The notes beneath the pieces are model-generated. The model had not been told where the DNA came from and did not search any database. It saw nothing but the letters and a program-made list of their open reading frames with translations. A stretch of DNA of 64,000 nt from Phycisphaerae bacterium (GTDB taxonomy: Bacteria > Planctomycetota > Phycisphaerae > UBA1845 > PWPN01), in NCBI GenBank assembly GCA_012729395.1, contig JAAYDF010000143.1, positions 7,971 to 71,970 on the forward strand, read 5' to 3'. The position numbers and the translations under genes are program-made. Shown here in pieces: positions 54,526-62,532 of this stretch; positions within the stretch are counted from its first letter, which is position 1, and each line of letters starts with the position of its first letter.

Positions 54526-55407
54526 ATGAGAGAGCGTATTGTGTTCATGGGTGGTGTTCTTTTTGCGGTGGTCGCGATAGCGGCTGTGGGTGCGGATGCC
54601 AAGATGATCAGCGGCAACTACTGCTCGGTGGCGCAGATTGTGGACTATCCGGCGGGGGTCTACCCGGCCTGGAGGTGGAACGATCTGACCTCGCCGGCCG
54701 GCTACGGGCCCACCGGGTCCAAAGCCGACCCCATTTACGAGGACGGCTCCGCGGCCGTTGGCACGACGGTCCTCTGGAGCACGTCGGACGGCGGCTCGCA
54801 GAATACCAACGACAACGTCTTTCGCCCGTTCCCGCCGGTGACGCTGGGCGGTGACGTCGACGACGGCCACGACCAGATGATGAGCGGGTATCTTCAGGCC
54901 TCGAAGTTCAGCACCTCGGAGCCAGTGATCACCCTGCGGGTCACCGGGCTCGACGTGGCCGCGTTCGGCGGTTCGTACTCCGTGATCCTGTACTTCGACG
55001 GCGACGACGACGTGGCCTCGAACACGTCGCGGGCCATGTTCCGCGTCTGGGACAGCCAGGCCGATTTCATCGGCGGCGGCTCTCCGCTGGCCACTTATTA
55101 CGGCAGGGACAAGGCCGGCCCGCGCGTCACTCCAGGTGCCGAGTACGCGATTGATAACGACGGCACGACCCCGCTGGCCGTGTACACGCTGATCAATTCG
55201 ACCGACGAGTTCAACCCCACCGAGGGCAACTACGTCCAGTTCGACAATCTCACCGGTTCGGAGTTCTTCGTCCGCATCACCGGTGTGGCCGGTCAGCACG
55301 GCGTGGCCCTCAACGGGTTCCAGATCGTGCCGGAGCCCGCGAGTGTGGCCTTCCTGGCTCTCGGCTCGCTGGCCCTGCTGCACCGCCGTCGCAGCGCGGG
55401 GCGCTGA
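54526..55407 (+). CDS. PEP-CTERM-anchored secreted protein
   Basis: AGGAGG RBS, a signal peptide, and C-terminal VPEPASVAFLALGSLALLHRRRSAGR (PEP motif, TM, basic tail). Confidence 0.8.
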   Translation: MRERIVFMGGVLFAVVAIAAVGADAKMISGNYCSVAQIVDYPAGVYPAWRWNDLTSPAGYGPTGSKADPIYEDGSAAVGTTVLWSTSDGGSQNTNDNVFRPFPPVTLGGDVDDGHDQMMSGYLQASKFSTSEPVITLRVTGLDVAAFGGSYSVILYFDGDDDVASNTSRAMFRVWDSQADFIGGGSPLATYYGRDKAGPRVTPGAEYAIDNDGTTPLAVYTLINSTDEFNPTEGNYVQFDNLTGSEFFVRITGVAGQHGVALNGFQIVPEPASVAFLALGSLALLHRRRSAGR

Positions 55408-55521
55408 GACCCGCCGGTCCGGATTGCCCAGAAAAAGGGTGAAAGAGGCGATACGACTGAAGACCGCGGTGTGTTCCGCCGCGGTTTTCTTTCGCGCGCG
55501 GGTCGGGCGGACGGCGGAGAT

Positions 55522-55860
55522 TCACTGATCGGGTTCGGCGCTGGCGGTCAGACCGCAACTGGCGAATTGCTCGACGTAGAGCTCGGCCCGCTCCTGGTGG
55601 GTGACGAGCAACATGGCCACGCCGGTCTTATGGGCTTCGAGCATGCAGGTGATGGCCGCCTGCTCGTCAAGGGGCGTCAGGCGGCAGATGATCTTGATCA
55701 CGTCTTCACAGGTGTTCTTGTCGTCGTTGTGGAGCAGGACCTTCCACGGCGGAAGCGATCGCGGGATGGCGCTCTTGGGCAGCTTCCGCCGCTGCGGCTT
55801 GCTGGACTGAGCCTTCACCGCGCTGTCGTTGCTCTGTTCTGGCTCAAGATGATCGGACAT
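55522..55860 (-). CDS. clpS: ATP-dependent Clp protease adaptor ClpS
   Basis: PPWKVLLHNDDKNTCEDVI..I.......EQAAITCMLEAHKTGVAMLLVTHQERAELYVEQF. Confidence 0.85.
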   Translation of the reverse strand: MSDHLEPEQSNDSAVKAQSSKPQRRKLPKSAIPRSLPPWKVLLHNDDKNTCEDVIKIICRLTPLDEQAAITCMLEAHKTGVAMLLVTHQERAELYVEQFASCGLTASAEPDQ

Positions 55861-56307
55861 TGCCTTCTTCCTCGACGCAAGCCGCGGACCCAGATGGGAT
55901 GATCCGCTTGGCCGCCGGTGAAAGCGGACTTTGCGGATTCCCGCGATCCGCCAGCCCCTTTCGCCGACGCTTATCCGATTCTAGCCACGCCCGGAAATGT
56001 TTTCCATCTATCGGCTTGTCGCCTCGCGATACGCCGAAACAGCGCCTGCCACCGCCTTCGTCCCTGCCGCTTGGTCCGAATACACGAACCGCATTCAGGG
56101 TCCGAGAACTTCACGCGTTCGCTCGCCGGAACACGGCGCGGACGAGGGGTATTGTCCCGATGCCCGCAACCTGCGGATCGTCCCAACCTTCGCGGTTAAG
56201 CGAGGATATGGCGAAACCGATACCACCCACAGCCGTGTGGGTACGCGCGAGGCGCTCTGTGGGGGATCTGTTTTTTGGGCTGTATATTCACCAGGCCGGC
56301 ACGAAGC

Positions 56308-58530
56308 ATGGGTGTGGTGTTCGTCGGTATGCTTGCCGTCGCGGCCCATACCTCGGCCATCCGGATTCTCGCGGCCGAGCGCCCGGCGGGCGATGAGTCC
56401 GCCCACATCCTGGTTACCTGTGACGAGCACGTCGCCTCTCGTACCACCGGCCGAGTGACCCTGCACGATGCCCTGGCCCGGGCGGCCGCCGACCCTCGCG
56501 ATAACCTCATCACCTTCGATGCCGAGACCTGCCGCGGGGATCGTGCCACTGTTAAGCTCTCAGAGCCCTTGGCGATGAATAGGGCTGCGGGTGGACACGA
56601 TCGCATCGACGGCCGCGTCGGTACCGAGCACGTGACCCTCGACCTGTCGTCCTGCCCGGATGCCGGCATCGTCGTCAGCTCGCAGGCTCACCTGACGCTC
56701 ACCGGGCTCGCGGTCGTGGGGGGCACGCAACGCACGATCCTGGCAAAGGACCACGCACGGCTGCTGCTTGAAGAGGTGACGCTGCACGGCAGCCAGGGGC
56801 CGGGCCTCGCCCTGTTCGCAAACGCCGCCGCGACGCTTCATCGCTGCCTTATCACCGCCAACGCGACCCACGGCGTCGAGCTCCACGACAACACCGCCGC
56901 CACGCTGGCCGACAGCCATCTCGCGGGTAACGGCCAGTCCGGCCTGGCCGCCTTTCATGCCTCGACGGCCCAACTCGACGGTTGCACCTTGCGCGGTAAC
57001 GCCCAGTGGAACCTCGTGTTGACCCACGGCGGACGAGTCAGCCTGACCGCCTGCCGCCTCGAGGGCGGCGGCTTTGCCAGCGCCGATGCCAGCCAAGCCG
57101 CGTTCCTGGCCATGGCCGACTGCACCGTGACCGCGGGGCAGCGGTTCGGGCTGTTCCTGACCGGGCAGGCCCGCGCCGAACTGGTGGGCACCCAGCTTCG
57201 CCAGCACGCCGGCCGCGGCATCGAACTCCAGGACCAAGCCATCGCCCGGCTCCAACGCTCACGCATCGAGGCCAGCGGCGACTACGGCGCGATTCTCTTC
57301 GGCCGATCACAACTGACCGCCGACCAGACCGCGTTTACCTACAACGGTGCCCATGGCGCCAGTCTCCGCGATCAGAGCGCAGGCGAGTTCCAGGCTTGTG
57401 TGTTTGCCGGCAACCGCTACAGCGGCATCGGCTGCCTCGACGCGGGGGCCGGCGGACGCATGTCCGCCCGCGAGTGCCTCTTTCATCAGAACGGTATGAG
57501 GCCCATCTACCGCGGGCCGTTGCACCTCGATCCCCTCGTGCCCACCCCGGTGCGCATCCAGGATACCCGAGTGCACTGCTTGGCCGCGCCCGATGCCCAG
57601 ATCGACCTGTACCTGGATCGGGTCGGCGAGGCGGCCCGGTTCCTGCGGACGATCAGCGCGGATCGCCACGGGCGCTTCATTGTGGATTGCCGCGAGGTGC
57701 CGGACGGGTGGGTGATGACCGCCGCCGCGACGGTGCGTGGATCGACCAGCGAGATCAACGTGATCGCCGGTTCGCCCGCGCCGGCCTTGCTGGCGGCTCT
57801 GCTGGGCCAGACCGGGCCGCTCTCCGACGACGGCGGCCCCGTCCGCCTCGACGCCCGACCACGCCGCTGGCCCGCGGGGACGCACCTGCTGTTCCATGTG
57901 CCCACCGCCCCTGACACCGCGGTCAATCGCTACGCCGACTTCTTCATTCCGCAGGTGAAGGAGTGGACGGGAGGTGGCTTGTCCGCGGAGGCCCAAACCA
58001 CGGCCATCTCCGCCGCGGCCGCCGACACCGTGGTCATCCCCGTCCGCTATCTGCCCGCCGAGGCACCTCCGCTTCAAGGTCGCGGCGGCGTGACCTTCAT
58101 GAAGTGGACCGCGGAGGGGCGATTCGTTCGTCCGATGGAGATTGTGCTGGCCGTCGCCCTGGACCCGGCCGAGACCTGCCCTCGCGTCTTCGCTCATGAG
58201 GTCGGCCACACGCTGGGGCTCTGCCATGTCCGCGCCGGTCTGCTCTCACGCATGCAGGGCTCCGTCCCGCCGGACGACCCGGCCATGGTCAACGACTTCT
58301 CCCCCATGTTCACCTTCTACGACGTGCAGGCCCTGCACATCCTGCACAGCCGTCACGCTCGCCCGGGCGCCACCCTGGCCGACCTCGCCGATCGAGGGCT
58401 CGTCCCGGTTCTGCCGTCGCTTCAACTGGCCGGAACGTCCACCTCGCCGCCGCAACCAACCTTCAGCCCGCCCGCGCCACACCTGCAGCGACCTGATCGC
58501 CCGCATTCGTCAGTCAACGTCCGCCCGTAA
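56308..58530 (+). CDS. Secreted right-handed beta-helix repeat protein with C-terminal metzincin-type Zn-protease motif
   Basis: Repeated about 23-aa PbH1-like units (L.....G.GL......A.L..C.L..N...G). HEVGHTLGLCH (HExxHxxGxxH) lies near the C-terminus. Signal-like MGVVFVGMLAVAAHTSA. Confidence 0.7.
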   Translation: MGVVFVGMLAVAAHTSAIRILAAERPAGDESAHILVTCDEHVASRTTGRVTLHDALARAAADPRDNLITFDAETCRGDRATVKLSEPLAMNRAAGGHDRIDGRVGTEHVTLDLSSCPDAGIVVSSQAHLTLTGLAVVGGTQRTILAKDHARLLLEEVTLHGSQGPGLALFANAAATLHRCLITANATHGVELHDNTAATLADSHLAGNGQSGLAAFHASTAQLDGCTLRGNAQWNLVLTHGGRVSLTACRLEGGGFASADASQAAFLAMADCTVTAGQRFGLFLTGQARAELVGTQLRQHAGRGIELQDQAIARLQRSRIEASGDYGAILFGRSQLTADQTAFTYNGAHGASLRDQSAGEFQACVFAGNRYSGIGCLDAGAGGRMSARECLFHQNGMRPIYRGPLHLDPLVPTPVRIQDTRVHCLAAPDAQIDLYLDRVGEAARFLRTISADRHGRFIVDCREVPDGWVMTAAATVRGSTSEINVIAGSPAPALLAALLGQTGPLSDDGGPVRLDARPRRWPAGTHLLFHVPTAPDTAVNRYADFFIPQVKEWTGGGLSAEAQTTAISAAAADTVVIPVRYLPAEAPPLQGRGGVTFMKWTAEGRFVRPMEIVLAVALDPAETCPRVFAHEVGHTLGLCHVRAGLLSRMQGSVPPDDPAMVNDFSPMFTFYDVQALHILHSRHARPGATLADLADRGLVPVLPSLQLAGTSTSPPQPTFSPPAPHLQRPDRPHSSVNVRP

Positions 58531-58650
58531 CCTTCAAGGTGAAATCGTTCTCTACGGTTTCTCATTCGGCGGCAGCAGAGGATGTATGCCTTACCGCGAC
58601 TTGAGTGGCGACGGGTGCATCTTTTGTTGAGGGGTAGGCCTCATCCGTTT

Positions 58651-58710
58651 GGCACTGCTCTGTGAGCGGTGTTTTTCGGGGGAGAGACACTGCTGACGCA
58701 GCAGTGCCAC
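58651..58710. repeat. Family-2 palindromic repeat, short copy C
   Basis: ggcactgctctgtgagcggtgtttttcgggggagagacactgctgacgcagcagtgccac. Its arms are inverted repeats, and the reverse complement matches 39018-39075. Confidence 0.55.
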
Positions 58711-59574
58711 ACGACGGCGCGTGCCAGCCCCGCCAGCCGCCACGGCTCGGTGGATGCACCCGAATGGCGAGTGACTCTCTTCTGTGCGCTTTGACGGACC
58801 GGTGCCTTCCGGGCCACAATGAGAACCTCTGGGCAACCCCGATCTGGGATTTCAAATTTGCGATTTCAGATTGGAGTCGCGGATTGTGCCGAACCGCGAA
58901 GGGGGTTCTTCAGAGATCCCAAGGTGGATACAGAGCCGTTGCAGGCGATCGGTCATCAGGACGCTCGATATGCTCTTCAGGAACCGCTCAATTCGACATT
59001 GGGGCAAACGTCCGCTGGCCACAATGAAAGGCTGCGTGTTCGTCCTCCTGTTCGCCCTGGCCTTCGGCGGCATGTTCTTCTGGCTCATTGTCTCAGCGGC
59101 CCAATGAAGAGGCCTGTCGCAATCGCCGGGTGGCTCACCTTCTGTGGAGGTGGGGAAGTGATTGCGCCCTGCGTGAAACGCTGCTCCCTTCGCCGCACTC
59201 GTCAGGCCGCCGCAATCGCCCCCCAAAAAAGTCCAAACGACTTGGGCCACCCGCCTCGCATATGCGGTCACGCGGACTGACTCACTCGTCCAGATCCCAG
59301 GAGTCTGAGTCGTTCGCCGCCCGCTGATCCTCCTCCTCCGGCTCCACGCTGCCGCCCGATGGCCCCCAGCCCGCTCTAGCGGGGTTCTCGATGTATGGGT
59401 TTACCCGGTAGGTGTACCGTCGGGATTCCCACAGCTCAAGCCGCCCATCGAGAATCCCGGTAAACCGGGATCATCCCTCCGCTGGGCACGCCGTACTCAC
59501 CCGACGTGAACGACGGGCCTAGCGCGGGACACGCCGGCCCCAAGGTCGCCTCGTCGTGGCTGCAACTCGCGATT

Positions 59575-59715
59575 CGCCGACGAAATGCCCCATGGCGAAG
59601 CACCAATGACCAATCAAGCCCGAATGACGAGTGCGCTCGACCACGGCCGAAGTTTCGGGTTTCGAACTTCGTCATTGATTGGCCATTGGGCCTTGGGCAT
59701 TCGCCATTTTGCCCC
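59575..59715. repeat. Family-1 MITE-like repeat, copy C (inverted orientation)
   Basis: ggcgaagcaccaatgaccaatcaagcccgaatgacg...cgtcattgattggccattgggccttgggcattcgcc. Confidence 0.65.
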
Positions 59716-59859
59716 AGGAGCCGAGCGGATGGCAAGTCACCCAAAAATCTACAGAACCTGGGCCACCCAACGAAGAAACCACATCGGCGTCTATCCGCGT
59801 TCACGCGTCGCGGCGCAGCAGGGCGGAGCCGGATCGGTGGTTCCAGACTCTTCGGTCGG

Positions 59860-60711
59860 CTACGCCGGCACCGCGGGCCAGTCGCCGCTGAAGATCTCGA
59901 CCGCCGGGCCGGTCATGTAGACGTGGTTGTCGGCCTCGGGCCATTCGATCAGCAGGTCGCCGCCCGGTAGATGCACGGTCACCCGGCGATCGTTGCGCTT
60001 GGTGAGCACGCCGGCCACGCACACGGCCGACGCCCCCGTCCCGCACGCCGCCGTCGCTCCGCTGCCCCGCTCCCAGGTGACCATGCTCACCTCGCCGGGG
60101 CCATTCACCTCGGCGAAGTGCACGTTGGTGCGCTCGGGGAACATCGCGTGCGTTTCCAGCCGCCGTCCCTCGGCCTCCAGCTCGCGAGGCCCCAGCAGCG
60201 CCAGCGGCAGTCCGTGCACCACCGCGTGCGGGTTGCCCATCGACACGCAGGTCAGGTACGCCTCCTGCCCCAGCAGCTCGATCGGGTGACCGATCATCTC
60301 CGAAGGCTTGAGCAGCACCGGCAGATCCCCCGGCCGCAGGCGCGGCTCGCCCAGGTTCGCCCGAAGCTGCGAGACCTTCTCCGCCTCGATGGTCAGATCC
60401 AGACTCAGCACGCCCGCGTCGGTCTCGATCCGCAGGGGGTTGGCCTTCGACAGCCCGTGATCGTAGACGTACTTGCCCACGCAGCGGATGCCGTTGCCGC
60501 ACATCTGCCCGCGCGAGCCGTCCATGTTGTACATCTCCATCCGCGCGTCCGCGACGCGCGATGGGCAGATCAGGATGAGCCCGTCGCTGCCGACCCCGGT
60601 GTTCCGGTCACTGACCAGCTGGGCCAAAGCCGGCGGATTGGGTACCCGCTCGGCAAAGCAGTCCACGTAAACGTAACAGTTACCCAGACCGTGCATCTTA
60701 GTGAATCGCAT
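59860..60711 (-). CDS. dapF: Diaminopimelate epimerase
   Basis: MRFTKMHGLGN.YV..D, the two catalytic Cys motifs (MCGNGIRC; ACGTGASA), and SMGNPH.V. Confidence 0.9.
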   Translation of the reverse strand: MRFTKMHGLGNCYVYVDCFAERVPNPPALAQLVSDRNTGVGSDGLILICPSRVADARMEMYNMDGSRGQMCGNGIRCVGKYVYDHGLSKANPLRIETDAGVLSLDLTIEAEKVSQLRANLGEPRLRPGDLPVLLKPSEMIGHPIELLGQEAYLTCVSMGNPHAVVHGLPLALLGPRELEAEGRRLETHAMFPERTNVHFAEVNGPGEVSMVTWERGSGATAACGTGASAVCVAGVLTKRNDRRVTVHLPGGDLLIEWPEADNHVYMTGPAVEIFSGDWPAVPA

Positions 60712-60719
60712 GGGGCCAA

Positions 60720-60748
60720 ATTATACCGCTGGCCGGTCAGCCTGTCGC
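60720..60748 (-). promoter_or_regulatory. Candidate promoter giving a leaderless or near-leaderless dapF mRNA
   Basis: On the minus strand: GCGACA, 17 nt, TATAAT, with the -10 element ending 8 nt before the dapF ATG and no SD in between. Confidence 0.35.
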
Positions 60749-61306
60749 GGTAGCGGCCGCCCCCTGACTTCGGCGAGCTCTTTTCGAGCCCGCCTTCGGC
60801 TCTGAGGCTGAGCCTCATGCTCAGGCTCGAAGAGAGCCTCAGGGTCGAAGACAGCCGAGCCGTGGCCGCCGGCGCGGGAGATTTCTATGCCGCCCAGCGG
60901 TCGCTAGGGCCGGCGGTCGTGGCAAAGCAGCCCTCCGTGGGCATAGGCTCCTGCTGGGTCCGGTTGGCAGTGCCGCCAGTGAGTCGTAGCGTTCATCCAG
61001 GCTTCGGCGAAGCAGTTCCTCACTCGCGCGATTCAGGTTCTGCATGGCAATTCTCCCTTTCCTGCATGTCGATTAACGCAGCCTCGAAAACACACCTCTT
61101 CATGGTGCCACCGACTCTCATGTGGTCAGCGAGGCTGCGTCGATCGCGGAACGGTCGCCGTCCGTCACAGGGTTAGGCGGCGCGATGCGCGAAGTGTGAC
61201 TCGATGAGGGCTGAACGCTGGGCTGGTTGCCACTCTCGGCCGGGTGTGGAATCGCCACCGCCCGGCGGTGATAACTCGGCCATCCACGAGGAAATCGCTG
61301 GGTGGG

Positions 61307-61334
61307 TTGACGCGTATACCAAGTTTGGTATAAT
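61307..61334 (+). promoter_or_regulatory. Near-consensus promoter of the toxin-antitoxin operon
   Basis: TTGACG, 16 nt, TGgTATAAT, abutting the first in-frame ATG (61335). This implies a leaderless transcript that uses the TTG at 61347 or the GTG at 61350. Confidence 0.45.
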
Positions 61335-61739
61335 ATGGGGGTAGGCTTGGTGCCCGATACAGCCGTCTACTTCTACAAGGACGACGACGGTACGGTCCCC
61401 GTCCTGGACTGGCTCAAGAAGCTGAGGCGGGAGAACCGCAAGGCCCACGCGTATTGTGTGGCCCGCATCCGACTGTTGGCGGAGATGGGGCACGAGCTCC
61501 GGCGGCCCCATGCCGACTATCTGCGGGAGGGGGTTTACGAACTTCGAACGCGCGGTGGCCGGGTCAACTACCGTGTGCCGTACTTCTTCCACGGCCGGGA
61601 CGTGGCCGTGCTTGCCCACGGGTCGACCGAAGAGGACAAGGTGCCGGATACGGATATCGAACGGGCCATTCAACGCAAGAAACGGTACGAACAGGATCCG
61701 GATGGGCACCGGTATCTGGAGGATACCAGCGATGGCTAA
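61335..61739 (+). CDS. RelE/ParE-superfamily toxin, HigB/gp49 (DUF891)-like
   Basis: VYFYKDDDGTVPVLDWLKKL...KA.......I..LAE.GHELRRPHADYLREGVYELR......YRV.YFFHG...VLAHG..K. The true start may be 61347 or 61350 (see promoter). Confidence 0.75.
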   Translation: MGVGLVPDTAVYFYKDDDGTVPVLDWLKKLRRENRKAHAYCVARIRLLAEMGHELRRPHADYLREGVYELRTRGGRVNYRVPYFFHGRDVAVLAHGSTEEDKVPDTDIERAIQRKKRYEQDPDGHRYLEDTSDG

Positions 61740-62049
61740 GAAAACCGCGGACGCCCTCAAAATCATCGACAAGATGGTGGCTGACGACCCCGAGCAGCGC
61801 GAACTCATCGAACAAGCCACGTTGAATTGCCGCGTCGCCCAACTCATCCATGATGCCCGCACGGCGGCCGGGCTGACCCAGGCCCAGCTTGCCAAACTCA
61901 TCGGCACCAGTCAGCCGACCATCGCCCGGCTGGAGAACGCCGATTACGAGGGCCATTCCCTGTCCATGCTCCAGCGTATCGCCGCCGGGCTGCACCGCCC
62001 GCTTCAAATCTCCTTCGGACCATCAGAGGAGCACATGCGGACGGCGTGA
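61732..62049 (+). CDS. XRE-family HTH antitoxin, HigA-like
   Basis: The ATG overlaps the toxin 3' end by 8 nt. HTH LTQAQLAKLIGTSQPTIARLENADYEGHSLSMLQRIAAGL. Confidence 0.75.
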   Translation: MAKKTADALKIIDKMVADDPEQRELIEQATLNCRVAQLIHDARTAAGLTQAQLAKLIGTSQPTIARLENADYEGHSLSMLQRIAAGLHRPLQISFGPSEEHMRTA

Positions 62050-62532
62050 AGATTGACCCGCTTTGGCGGCGAGCAGTGCGTATCAGCATCGTGTCGCGGT
62101 GGCCGCTCCCCAACGTCATGTCGGGGAAGCGGCCGCGCCCCGACTTCACCGTCATCCCTCGCCGGCTCAGATCCGGCAGAGCCGCGCCCGCCTGCCCTTT
62201 ACGTCGTGCAGCGATGTCAAGGGTCAGGAAGCGATTCTGATCGGTCCGCCAGCTCGCTTGAAGCAACAAGCAACCGCAGCAGAGGCAATCTCCATGGCCT
62301 CTGCTGCCTCGTGGCTGCGGTTCAGGTCTTCGCGCGTCCATCAGTCAGGCGATGGTGCTTTGCGCAGATCGTGAAACGTCCTTGATGACGCGGTGATTCT
62401 GCCTACTGCCCACTGCCTGCTGCCTTTGTGCTTTCTGCCTTCTGCCCACTGCCTTTGTTCCCGTCGATTCCTCGCTTCGCTCGGGGCATCAAGAGCAAAG
62501 GGTAAGAGAACACAGGGCAAAGGGTAACCCAG

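Noticed and set aside
59024-59280. Two ATGA-coupled mini-ORFs (a 27-aa hydrophobic peptide and a 58-aa basic Cys-containing peptide)
   Set aside because: They are not listed as features because no convincing RBS precedes the first ORF and the region is repeat-dense. They are kept only as a note inside the gene-poor-gap finding.
59284-59440. Minus-strand reading frame ending ...YTYRVNPYIENPARAGWGPSGGSVEPEEEDQRAANDSDSWDLDE*, whose acidic tail is reminiscent of P5/P6
   Set aside because: The frame is closed by an upstream TGA and contains no ATG, GTG or TTG start (only a CTG). There is no RBS and no signal peptide, so the match is probably fortuitous.
62400-62532. ctgcc/ctttg-rich low-complexity stretch downstream of the FGE gene (ctgcccactgcctgctgcctttgtgctttctgccttctgcccactgcctttg)
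   Set aside because: It is noted as a simple-sequence tract with partial inverted symmetry to caaagggtaa...cagggcaaagggta. There is too little structure, and no second copy in the window, to call it a defined element.
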